NCBI GenBank assembly: GCA_026770705.1
Contig: JANJGN010000038.1
Location: forward strand, 12,710,001 to 12,774,000
DNA from: Isurus oxyrinchus
Lineage: Eukaryota
DNA: 64,000 nt
Reading direction: 5' to 3'
Shown here: piece by piece, positions 13,156-25,600 of the stretch
Numbering within the stretch: the first letter of the stretch is position 1
Layout: every line of letters begins with the position of its first letter
Notes under the pieces: generated by a model
Database searches by the model: none
Told to the model about the DNA's origin: nothing
The model's input: the letters and a program-made list of their open reading frames with translations, nothing else
Position numbers and translations under genes: made by a program

Positions 13156-13973
13156 TATGGTTTCTCCCTTCTTGTGCCCTTAACGATTTTCTTCAAAAAT
13201 GTTTAAAAAATTGGCCAGAAATAGATCTTCAGAGGAATTGATTTGGAGGCATCAGCGATCTCAGAGCAAGAAACTTCCAGAGGAATCCACAAACATGTGT
13301 TGAAACAAGGGTTTTGTTTTTAAAAATATTTTTCAGGAATCTGTGTAGCTAACAATCAGTCAGGTCTGCCTTTAGTTTCCATTGGGTCTCTACAAGGATG
13401 TAAGCCCGTGCGACTGTGCCTGAAAATAATGTCTCTGTTACTTGCATGGCGCTGGTAAGCAAAGATGCAATGCTATGCTCCTCTGGGAGCTGTATGTGAG
13501 ATATGCACAAAACGTTTTTAAAATTTCCTCAGTTATGCAACACTAATTAAATCATTTCCACATTCAGATATGGTCTATTAACAATTCTGGAACATTTGCC
13601 AGTGGAGAAAGTCTTTCCTTAACAAAATGGGATTTTCAGTATAAGCCGTGACCAGATGAATGCTTAGTATTGCTGCATATCTTCTTTCAACGATGTATTT
13701 TTGGTATTATTCACATACGTGTTTTCATTTCCTATAGGGAATGCTTTGATCTTCTGTAACAGCCGGCGAGCCTTAACTCATCCTAGGACAAGGGCAGGTT
13801 CGACAAGCCTGGTGGGTTGTCTGCGAGCTCACGGACGTGGTAAGGGCGTTTTTCTTGTCAATTTTCAAATTCAAATTGTCATGAAATATTCAACAAATGA
13901 TTGAGACAGGAAACAATCCTACTATTTCAAAAGTAGTACTAACACATAGCGGCATTCAATGTTTTCTTCTCAA

Positions 13974-13979
13974 TTTATT
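13974..13979 (-). terminator. Poly(A) signal of membrane IgNAR mRNA
   Basis: AATAAA on the minus strand about 280 nt after the TM2 stop codon. Confidence 0.65.
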
Positions 13980-14257
13980 TTAATTGATTCTGTGGGATTT
14001 GCTGAACATACAGGGTTGTTGTAATGATGCACAATTCTATTTAGCTCTGCTGCTTAAGAAAGAAAGTGTTAATTTATGAGCTAATAGAAGCAAATTAAGC
14101 AGAGTTGCCACGGATTGGCTGAGACTATTGTGCAACCACAAGGTGAAGTGGTGTAATGGAGCAGCTGCTAACGCTGATAGACTCACACAATCCGGCCCCA
14201 AGGGATCCGTCACAAGCTTTGAAGAGAAAGCTGAAGTGACCACTGCTCAAGCAGTTG

Positions 14258-14266
14258 CTATTTCAC
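14258..14266 (-). CDS. IgNAR: IgNAR TM2 exon, coding part (VK-stop)
   Basis: TTTTTTTCACTGCAG|GTG AAA TAG. Completes the KVK cytoplasmic tail typical of IgM-like membrane heavy chains; phase 0 matches TM1. Confidence 0.88.
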   Translation of the reverse strand: MK

Positions 14267-15458
14267 CTGCAGTGAAAAAAAGCATAGCATTAAAACTAGT
14301 GAGTACCGCAATGAGAAAAATGATGTGCAATTCAACTGACAAGTCCGGGGTATACAACAACAACAATACTATACATAACTATCGTGAAAGATAAGGAGCT
14401 TTACGGGTTTGGGTCATTACCCCCCACAATCGACATTCAGGACCCCACGTGCAGATAATCTCATTTGCCGTGTGTCTTCTTGATCTTATAAATGAAAAGT
14501 GAATTATTTGTTACCTGATTTTAAATACTCCACAATAATTATATAACTTTCGGAAACAAATGTGACGAATCAATGCTTGATCCCTAGCGCACCCAATGTA
14601 CTCCATCTGCAGTTCCATTGATCTGAACATTGCATTCCAAATGAGATTTGAACGATGGTCTTTTAAAAAAAAATGCTGCTTAATCAATATGTTTGGACCA
14701 GGGAAATGCCATCGCATCAGTATTTTGGTCACCCGGTACCTTTCCCTTAAATATTGACCTGGTCAACATTTTTTTGTTGTTCCTGTGTATCTGTTCAGAG
14801 CTTTCCCATTTCCACATTATTACCGTTGACTATCCCTACGCATCTAAATCAGGTCCTCACATAGTTTATACGTGCACACAAATTGTCATTCATTTACCCG
14901 CAAGCTAAATTAAACTGCTTTTTATTGTAATGCCATTTTCTGTTCAAAGTCTAATGCACCCTCTCGGTTAGTATTGTCAGTGATTGTATATATACTCTCC
15001 TCTGTTCCTTCGAATTCCAGTGAATTGCTTTGCAGTATAATCTCACAAGGTGAGTAAGTATATGCATTCCCATTTTAATATCATGGATCATGACGTAAGG
15101 TTTAGAAAATACGTTGATGTTACATGAACAATATTGTAGCTGAATGGTTAAACCTGCTGAAGTTTTGGGAGGAGAGAAGTACAGTTGGTTGAAGTATAGA
15201 ATGCGATCGACAGCATTGTCAGAGAGGACGGGAATGCTGAAAACAACATTGTTGTTAGTTTCTGTTTGTAATCACTACCTAATAAGCGAATGTTCGCAAT
15301 CTACATTGTAAATGTGCATTTATGAATTTACAACGCCATGGGGGAAATAAGGACTGAGGAAATGACTTTGGAATGTGAACTGAATAATATCCTTGCTCTA
15401 ATAATCCTTTGCTTTCTACATGTGAAAGCATTACTTGCTCCCGATGCTCCCTGTGGAA

Positions 15459-15602
15459 NNNNNNNNNNNNNNNNNNNNNNNNNNNNNNNNNNNNNNNNNN
15501 NNNNNNNNNNNNNNNNNNNNNNNNNNNNNNNNNNNNNNNNNNNNNNNNNNNNNNNNNNNNNNNNNNNNNNNNNNNNNNNNNNNNNNNNNNNNNNNNNNNN
15601 NN
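15459..15602. other. Assembly gap (144 N) in the TM1-TM2 intron
   Basis: Run of N in the sequence. Confidence 1.
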
Positions 15603-15944
15603 GATATAAACAGATAGATGGCTGGGAGATTGTTAGTCGGAAAGAGATGGAAAGCTAGAAAGATGAGTGAAACATATCAAGTGTGAGAGAGAAACTTAAA
15701 AATGTTCACACTTGAAGGTGTAAGTTTTCAGATTTTGATGTTTATCAACTTGTTTACTTTCAGACATATCCATTGTCTCCAACTCTACCAAAATGTCGCT
15801 CTCCTACTGGATTATACAGAGGGGTATAAAACCACGTGCAATCTATGGAATAAGTCTTTATTCAAAATGATAGATAAATAAGCAGGTAGACAGTTGGAAA
15901 ATCATTATAGATAAGTGAGAGAAATATTGAGTAAAAAAGGAAAA

Positions 15945-16250
15945 ACCGAATTTATGGAGCGCTATTACTACCTCAGAACGTCCAGCACGCTTTCTGGCCA
16001 GTGAAATCCTCCTGAGCTGTAATCAGTTTTGTAATGTATGGAACGTGGCAGTCCATTTCCACACAGTAATCTACCAGAAAGCTCAATGTGATAATGACCG
16101 GATAATCTGCTTTCCATGATGTTGATTGAGTGATTTGTTTACCAGAGCACTGGGGAGAACTTCCTTGCCCTTCTTCGAAATAGTGTCATAGGATCGTTTG
16201 CTTCTGACTGAGTAAGCAAACGGGATTTTGGTTCACAGTTCCACAGTAGA
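15945..16250 (-). mobile_element. Deu-domain SINE (SacSINE1-like) remnant
   Basis: Reverse complement resembles the Deu domain as recalled (AAATTGGCTGCCGCGTTTCCTACATTACAA...AAAGCGCTTTGGGACGTCCTGAGG). Confidence 0.6.
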
Positions 16251-16299
16251 GAGCACCAAAATTTCCCGGATCAATATTCATAAATAAACATCATGTTTC

Positions 16300-19200
16300 C
16301 AGCATGAATAAAATAATAAACATGAGTAAGGTACGATGGAACTCAAACAACTCGTGTACATTAACCGAGGAGCAGCTGGAGTTACTGCGGGCCTCAGAAT
16401 CTCCTGAAGTGCATTAATTACAGGAGGTTGTCATCCTGCCGATCCAGTGTTCAGGATGTTTGTAAATGGTTGGCCATCCGATAGGTTAAGGAAATGCTCA
16501 CAGTGCAGGAATCCTCCAGGGTTATTACATATTCAAATCAGTTTGCAGGGCTTTGAGTAGAGCTGTCTAGTAATCATCCACGTGACTATGGGCGAGATTG
16601 AAACACGTCAGTGAATCACAAAGTGGAGGATTGCAGTTTGTTAGGAAACCTGATATTCCACAGAATTGGCCGGCGTTTCTGCCACCACCAACATGAGTTA
16701 CACTTTACCTCAATTGTGCCAAAGTCAGTAACATCATTGAGTGGATGAAGAAGATTTTGAGAAGGAAAGGAAAATGACCAAATATCACTGTCCATGTTTC
16801 AACCAATGATACAGGTAGGGAAAGGATTGAGGTAGACCGAAATAGTTTCAGCACCTAGCGCACAACCTTCATGTTGGCAATCCCCCGATTATCCCCAGTG
16901 CTACAGAACAGTTAGTGCAAGAGCAGCAACATAAATCAGGTTAATGTACGAGTGGTGAAACTGTTCAGAAGATGCTTCAAAATATGGGGCCAGTGGGGCC
17001 ATTTGAGGGGTTGCTGGGACCTGAACAAGGTGGACACCTTGCACACAAAGAGGACTGGAATCAATGCCGTCGCAGAAATAATAACCAAATCGTGGCGGAG
17101 GGTTTAAATGAGAATGGCAGAGGTGGTCCATTCCCCACCCAGCAGATGAAGAATTAGAGGGCAGAGAAAAGTTGCAGAGAGCGTAAATACACAAACTGGA
17201 TTTGATTGAAGTACAGCTCCGAGTTAGAAGGGTTAATAAAAGAAGAATTGCAAAACAATCCACGATCACGTTGTGTCCATGTGTGTTAATTCCCGGTAAA
17301 TTTTAATTAACATCATTGGGCTGCAGGCACGAGAGGCCATATAGTATTATGTTGTAACCGCAATAACAGAGAACTAGGTGAGATGAAGGAAGAAATAACA
17401 ATTTTGTAATCATGTCGACAATGCTTTGAGGTAAGATGAGGAAGGGAAAAAGGAGGGAGGGTGGTACTTTTATCAAATATATTTTTTAAGTACGAGAAAG
17501 TGTTGGTGCACTTGAGAGTTCAAACACGGAATTTGTTTCAGTAGAACTGATGAATAGCAGAAAAGACTATTAGGTGCTAGGTGTATACTATGGACCACAA
17601 CATAGTGGGGAGGAAATGGAGGAGCAAAACTACAAGAACATCACAGAAATTTGCGAGGCATTCGGCGTATTGGCGATAGGGGGCATCATTTATTATATGA
17701 GGCTGAATGAAACAGTATCAAACAAAAAGACATGGAGGAACTCCTGCAATGTAGAGAAGATAGTTCTCGTGGTCACTGTGTTTTACCTCCCAGCAAGGAA
17801 GGAAGCGGTGGCGAATCTAGCTCTAAGGAATTAAGTGAATCATGTAGCAGACGGAGATAATATGGGAAACGACTGATAATATTATTATGTTTAAAGTACA
17901 TATGGATTCGTAGGACTAATCATTTGTGAAAATATTCAATGGAGGTGGCGTTAATTTCGTTGAATGGAAAGGTGACGTGCTCCAAATGGATTGAAATGAA
18001 AGACTGAAAGCAAAACACTAAATTAACAAAAGGAGGCTCTCTGAGTGGTGATAGTTTATTTTCATAAAGCAGACAAAGGGAGTGATAAGAGATCATGTAA
18101 AAGTGGCAAAGAGCATTTCGCAATAGATTATCTGGTAACAGAGAGGTGAGTCTAAACCTCTGTTCTAAACTTGTAAAGAGAAAACGTGTAGCCAAAGTAA
18201 GAGTGATCCGATTAGAAAGCGAAAGGTAACTCTGTTCTGGAGGCAGAGGGAGCGACTTTGGGACTAAGTTAATACTTTGCATATGTCTTCAGGGAAGAAG
18301 ATAACGCTGCAAATGTTACAATCAGGAGGTGACACTGGAAAGACAAAACAGAGAGGAGAAACACAGATGCAGGGGAAGAAGATAATGTTCTGCCAGTGCG
18401 CAAAGTGAAAAATTCACCCAGCTGGATGGGATACATCCGAAACAGATTAGTGAAGTAGGATTACAATTACAGATAGTCTGGACACAACGTTCCAGTTCTG
18501 CTTTGATATGGGTCTAGTTACAGGGGAATGGGAGCTTATCAATGACACGCCCTGTCCAAAAATAGGATCACATTATGCAGTTGACCTACACGTCAGCTCC
18601 CCTCGCGCCAGAGGTGGGGAATATTCCACCAACTATGGATCAGTATTGCCTCCAGTTCTGACCACTACCCTGCAGGATGTAAAGGCTTAGTGACAACAGC
18701 AATGAGAATTACTGGAATGGCACCAGGAATAAAAATGTCAGTTATGTATTGGCACTGGAAAACCTGGTATATTGGGATATAAACTATTATGAGTAGATTT
18801 TAGTAAATAATGGAAAGAGCTTCCAGTGTTAGAATAGTCAGCTAATTATCTCTGCAAGGGAGTCCTCTGAATTGGGATGTAGATTTTTTGTGATGCTTGT
18901 CAGTGGTTTGTGAAGACGGAATAGAGAGCCATACATCTCAGTTAGCTGACAATGCTAACTTAAGCAGCACAGCAAAGAGCAGAAAGTCACAAACGGTCTT
19001 CCTAATATTAAATCAATGGGGGATTGGGGTAGACTCTGCACAATGATAGGTAAATTTGCCTGTGGAAACCTGAGGTCATCTAGTCTGAAACTAAGGAAGA
19101 TATACGATTGTTATTTTCTAACAATGAGACGATTAAAACTATAGAACATCTGGAATAATTAGCTTTACAACTACAGAAATGCTTAAAGTTAGTGGGAAAG

Positions 19201-19810
19201 AAATACAAATAAGTAAAGAAGCAAATGGACAGTTTGCTTTAATCCCAGGCGTGGGGCAGGTGGAATACAAAGCAGTAGACCTAATTTCTCTGTTGTACAA
19301 AGCTTTCGTTACTGTGTTCGGTTCTGGGAAGCCCACATCAGGAAGTGCGTGCAGGGATGGAACAGGGATTCACCAGAAAGACACCGGTTATAAAACGGTT
19401 AAAATTATGCTAACATGATCTTCACATTTGGATTGTGTTGCCTTGAATATTACAGGATGAACTACTTTAGTTGCTTAAATAATTGCTTGGTATGGCTGTT
19501 AATATAGTAATAATTTAAAAACAAAAATCTACCATATGCCAACAACATGAAAAAAAAACTTAAAAGTAGATTTGGCTACTTCAGGGACAAATCGAGGGAG
19601 CACTTCTTTACACATTGGCTGGACACAATCTAAGACTTTCCCCACAGCCTAAAAGGAAATTAAAATGTCGAGGTTGGATTCCAATTTAACTGCGTTTGAC
19701 AGAGCTTTGTTAGTTAGGCATATTAATAAACATGACGGCAAGGTATGCTTAATTCGCTAAAACACAGATCAGCCACTATCTGAATGAATGAAGGAGGATG
19801 GTGAGCGCCA
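16300..19810 (+). mobile_element. Old degenerate near-full-length CR1-type LINE (ORF1 esterase, endonuclease and RT remnants)
   Basis: ITVHVSTNDTGR at about 16784-16819 (SGNH-esterase VHVGTND motif of CR1 ORF1); LGVYYGPQHSG in ORF 17574-17834. Confidence 0.75.
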
Positions 19811-20207
19811 CAAACTTCCCTTTGTCTTCTTCTTGACATAATCTTTCCTCTTCGGTTTAATCCTAACCTTAACTGTTGTCATTTGCTAAAATTGAAGCCC
19901 AGATCTATAGTTCATTTTTCTATGATTGTGGATTTTTGTGCCAACCAACCTTAGTATTGTATTATTTGCTTATCGATTGAAAACCTAACATTTTCTTCAT
20001 TCCTTCCGTAGTCAATTCCCTTCTCACCTGTTAACAATGTTCCTGTTTGGTAATCTTCCATAGTCAATGTTTGTTTTCATCTCTCCAACGGCCACATCAC
20101 CTCCTATTCTTCCATAGTGACTGCTTTCCTCATCTCTCCACAGTGATCCATTTCCCATCATTTCATATGTTACACTATCCTAATCATTTCACAGTGATTC
20201 ACCTCAC

Positions 20208-21904
20208 AACCATAAGACCATAAGACATAGGAGCAGAAATTAGGCCACTCGGCCTATTGAGTCTGCTTCGCCATTCAATCTTGGCTGATAAGTTTCTCAA
20301 CCATTTCTCCCGCCTTCTCCCTGCAACCTTTGATCAGCTTACCAATCAAGAACCTATCTATCTCGGTCTTAAATACACTGAATGACCTGGCCTCCACAAC
20401 CTTCTGTGGCAATGAATTCCATAGATTCACCACTCTCTGGCTAAAGAAGTTTCTCCTCATCTCTGTTCTGACAGGTCTTCCCTTTACTCTGAGGCTGTGC
20501 CCTCGGGTCCTAGTCTCTCCTACTAATGGAAACATCCTCCGCACATTCACTCTATCCAGGCCTTTCAGTATTCTGTAAGTTTCAATCAGATCCCCCCTCA
20601 TCCTGCTGAACTCTATAGAGTATAGACCCAGCGACCTCTAATATTCCGCATATGTTAAGCCTTTCATTCCTGGGATCATTTTTGTTAACCTCCTCTGGGC
20701 CCTCTCCAGGGCCAGCACATCCTTCCTGAGATACAGCGCCAAAAATTGCTCAAAATGTTCTAAATGTGGTCTGACCAGAGCGTTATGAAGCCTCAGCAGC
20801 ACATCCTTGCTTTTATATTCTAGTCCTCTCAAAATAAATGCCAACATTGCAATTGCCTTACTAACTACCCACTCAACCGGCAAGTTAACCTTAAGAAAAT
20901 CCCTTTGCACTCCAGATTTCTGAATTCTCTCCGCATTTGGAAAATAGTCTATGCCTCTATTCTTCCTACCAAAGTGCATGACCTCGCACTTCCCCACGTT
21001 GTATTCTATCTGCCACTTCTTTGCCATTCTCCTAACCTGTCCAAATCCTTCTGCAGCCTCCCCGCCTCCTCAATACTACCTGTCCCTCCACCTATCTTTG
21101 TATTATCTGGAAACCTAGCCAGGATGCCCTCAGTTCCTTCATCGAGTTCATTAATGTATAAAGTGAAAAGTTGTGGTCACAACACTGACCCCTATGGAAC
21201 TCCACTAGTCACTGGCCATCATCCTGAGAAGAATCCCCTTATCCCCACTCTCTGCCTCCTGCCAGACAGCCATCTTCTATCCATGCTAGTAGCTTGCCTC
21301 TAACAGCATGGGCTTTTATCTTACTGAGCAGCCTCCTGTGCGGCACCTTGTCAAAGGCCTTCTGGAAGTCCAAGTAGATAACATCCATTGGCTCTCCTTT
21401 GTCTAACCTACTCGTTACAACCTCAAAGAATTCTAACAGATTTGTCAGGCATGACCTCCCCTTGATGAAACCATACTGACTTTGCCCTTTTACCATGCAC
21501 TTCCAAGTATTCTGAAATCTCAACCTTTATATTGGGCTCTAAAATCTTACCAATGACCGAGGTCAGGCTAAACGGCCTGTAATCTCCCATCTTTCGCGTC
21601 ATTCCCTTCTTAAACAGAGGGCTTACATTTGCAATTTTCCAGTCCTCTGGGACCCTCCCTGACTCGAGTGATTCCTGAAAGATCACAAACAACCACCTCC
21701 ACTGTCTCTTCAGCTATCTCCTTCAGAATTCTTTGGTGTAATCCATCTGGTCCAGGACATTTATCCACCTTCAGAACTTTCAGTTTTCCAAGCACCTTCT
21801 CCTTGGTAATGGCAACATACTCATCTCTACCCCCCCCCCCCACCCCCCCACCCTCCGACTCTCTTGAACTTTGGGGAGGTTACTCGTGTCTTCCACCGTG
21901 AAGA
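20208..21904 (-). mobile_element. Younger 5'-truncated CR1-type LINE inserted into duplication copy B
   Basis: ORFs with YLDFQKAFDKVPH, KCPGPDG and RGDLIETYRILKG. 3' tandem (CATAAGAC)n tail at about 20211-20230. Absent from the matching site in copy A (about 3385). Confidence 0.95.
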
Positions 21905-22475
21905 CATCATTGTGAGCTAGAGCTTTCCTCAACCCCACTGTATCCCACCTCCCAGCAATCATAATAAGTGATTTTCTCATCTATTCACATTGATCCATCA
22001 ACCATCAATTTGCAATCAATACTTTCTTCAACTCTTTAGAGTGATCCAGGTTTACATGCAAATGCTTTGCTTGTGCTTTCCCCTTTCTCTCAAACAAAAC
22101 TTCTCATGACTTCAGAAACCTCATGCTCAATACACGAGATTTGTCATCACATCACCAATTGTTTCTGATCATTAGCTTAAAGATCCAGAATCTAGAAACA
22201 ATGCACCTTTTTTCATTATTGACATATTCCGCTCCTTAATGTGGCAATAATATTACTATGCATTAGGTCTTCTCCTCAATCTTCTGAATAGGGAGGCTTA
22301 TAAAATATGTAGATGGAAATTAGTAATGAAACTCAACCTGACACTGTGGGAAAGGTTGAAATTATGCAAATATTGAAATCTTTAGTTCATCTGTATCTTT
22401 GCTATATCTCAGTAAGAAGCTCAACTGCTGAATAAATTTACACATTTTCTCGATACTACTGTGAGCCATCTTTAC

Positions 22476-22633
22476 CTTAAGGACTGTCACGTACGAGCTG
22501 TATATCATACTTAGAATGAACAAAGTGACGAAAGCGACTACTGTTGATGCAGTGCCTACATCCTCATCGAAGTTTTCTAATCCGTCTTCCTCTACTAATT
22601 GGTCGTCCATACCTTCCATTATTTGAGGGAGTT
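22476..22633 (-). CDS. IgNAR: IgNAR transmembrane exon TM1
   Basis: Acceptor TTTATTCTAG|AA, donor AAG|GTAAAG; 158 nt, phase 1-0. Acidic spacer ELPQIMEGMDDQLVEEDGLENFDED, then a CART-motif helix GTASTVVAFVTLFILSMIYSSYVTVLK. Confidence 0.95.
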
Positions 22634-25600
22634 CTAGAATAAATAAACGGAGTGTGTTATAAATGAGATCAGGTTGAATATAGACTCGATATAACATAAA
22701 GGCGGCAGCTGGCAGGGCACATGAAAAGACCTTAAGTCGATTGAAGTAATTTTCTGAAAACACGGTATGATTGTTGGGGGTGACCATCGAGGTCATACAG
22801 CTCACCTTGGATAGAGGAGTTATTTTAAATGATAATGTTTGCATTATTTGCACCGTTCCATGAAAAATGATCATTCACCTGTGACTGAAGTTTATTTTTA
22901 CTCTTTTAGCAGCCGCTAACACCAAAATAATCAAAAATCTATTTAGAAGGCGAATTCGGCACTGATCTGAATAGAAAGGTGGACTCAGGCTCGAATCACT
23001 TGCATTTCACAGGCTACACTAACCAGGAGATCATCAGGCAAATGAGGGCGGAGTCACATTTCAACTCAAGATTCAGCTGCACCTCATCGGCACAGTTTAT
23101 GTTCGCCTCTTAGGAGTTATTGACATTTTACGGCAAAGATCATTCGTCGGTAGAAACAAATGATTTCACAGTATTTAAACCGGTTAAGGTGCATATATAT
23201 TGACAGTATAATCTGAACAGCAGCATTACTCTTTACCCAATGTCATCAGATTGGATTGTTATTGATGACGTCAGCATTGCAGTATCAACATCTTTGCTAT
23301 GACTATCGCGATATATTATGTTTACAATTCTCTGGTTACACGGTTACTAAGGTCCTGTGAATTCTGGAATACATTGTGTCGTATATTTCCCTATGGCAGC
23401 TCCAGCATTATATCACAATAGCACCATAGGGATGGTTACCCTTTGGGGTAGAACTGTGAGCGCCTGGTTAAAGGTGACGTTAACAATTCCCTCAATCCCC
23501 TGAACGTGTCACTACTAACTCTCTAATTCTGCAAGCTATCCCACTGGCTGATTTTTCGATTTGTATTGAGCGCAGGTGGCTTAAGTGAATGCAGAAGCAT
23601 CGTAATTTTATGTGTACCTGCACCAAAAAAATAAACATTGTCATATTTTATCAAATTCATCGTTCTCATCAAATGCTTGTTTCCCCTCTATGAGAGTTGA
23701 ATGATTGACAAGCCTCGTTTTCTAAACAACCAAACAAGACCTTCCAATTTTACAATTCGAAAAAAATTTCGATCCTACAATACCTACTCTACCTTGAATT
23801 CTACCAGGCCATGAGCCCTTCATATATATGAGCTGATGAAGCATTGTAGGATCAGGCAATCTACAGAAATATCTGTACTGGAGTAAGACCAGCTGTTTAA
23901 GCTGTTCAGCCGGACTCGAGTCAACGCAACTGAATAGTACCGAGATAACTCAAAGACTGAAATTGTGCAGGACACGGATATAAGTTGTGTTCACTTACCT
24001 ATTGCACTTGAACGTGTGCCAAGTAGGGGATATTACGTGTAATATCCACAGCTTCACCAAACACTCGGCAGATAGATAGGCCGAATGGCCTCCTTCTTTT
24101 CCTGGATAACTGCCACTCTATGAGCATCCAACATCGATAGCTGCCAGACCCTTTAGAAGACTGCTTCCTTCACTCAGCGAGATATTTTCCAGCATGGAGT
24201 GATCCCACAAGACATAAAAGAGCAGCTCCAACTACTGGAGGTTCAGAGACTCAGCAACATTTGCTTAACTCTGGGCAGGTACATCAATAGTCACCTGGGC
24301 ATATATTCTCTACATGGCCATGCATACATTTTTCGATGACATGGCTGAGATTTCAGATCAACAATGGATGAAGTATTGTACTCCTGCTATGTTTCTCACT
24401 TAGTAAACCCAGTATAACAGAAAGTTATGCGAGAATGCACTGTCCAGAAGGTGAATTGTGCAATGATCCCTGGTTGACATGTTTTTGTTTGCCCATCGAA
24501 ACTTTATTGGGTCTTTTTCAGATTCCGAGGATGTTTGTGGACTGCCTGGTAAGGCGACCTACCAACCAACTCTCTGATCTGCGCCTTTAATTTTAGTGTA
24601 TTTTTCAACAGGGCACAATGAATAGCGGCCTGATGCACGTAAACAAGGGGGAAGAAAAAACAGCGCAACTATTGGCAACACGAATGCGACCAGTTGATTT
24701 ACTGCAGACTGAGATTCTCCTTGAAAAATCAGTTCTTGGTGCCTCCGCTTCGCATTGGACATACGGACAGATTGTGTGCTAAATTATGTGAGCTGAGCAA
24801 GGTTGACGATGGTGGCAACAAAGTCATGTCCTGCTTCATAGGTAACCTTTCACTGATTCAGAATTTCCCAAATACTTCATGGGGAAATAAGAATACTTTT
24901 TCAAAAATTTAAATACTTTAGTGTTTGAGTCCACAGCAAATTAAACTAAAATAACACCCCGAAAAAAACTAAAGGAGCAAATAGGAAGACAGTCTATATA
25001 ATGCTGTGTCTGGATATAATAGAGATAACAGACTCTGGAAGATATCACTGCTCCTGCAATTCTGCATGGAGTCTTCAACATGCGCCGGAACTATCGGATC
25101 GGGTCAAGAATATGCTTTTCAAATGAAACACAGCAGCACTGAGACTTCACTACCCTTCACACCGTTCGACTGCAATATGAGCCTCGATCAAGTGCCAGAA
25201 TTGTGGAAAGGAGATTAATCCACAACCTTCTGATTCAGAAGCCAGGGAAATGTTAATGATGTCCGCTATGATTAAAAATAAAAATACGGGGATAATTTCA
25301 AATCAATGCGCATCTCCGAATGCGATCTTTGGAAATTATACATATCGATCATTCATTGCACAACAACATCAAGTTGCAGCTTTGCAGCACGATAAACGTG
25401 GGGAAAAAGCCTCGAGGTGTTTTATAGGAGCAAAATCAGACAGCACCTGATGCCAAGTGAAGGAAGATCCAATCAGGTCAAGTAAACAAATCTTTGTAAA
25501 ATATCGTTTCTTTAATGTGCTTCTTGAAGTAGCAGAGATAGGTAAAAGCAGCGCACAGGTTTAACGATGCATGTGTAGAGCTTAGTGTTTGGGCAGTTGA

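Larger units (their letters stand above)
16878..23058. repeat. Segmental duplication, copy B (contains the in-frame TM1)
   Basis: Direct repeat of 1-4576 plus a 1.7-kb CR1 insertion. Confidence 0.95.
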
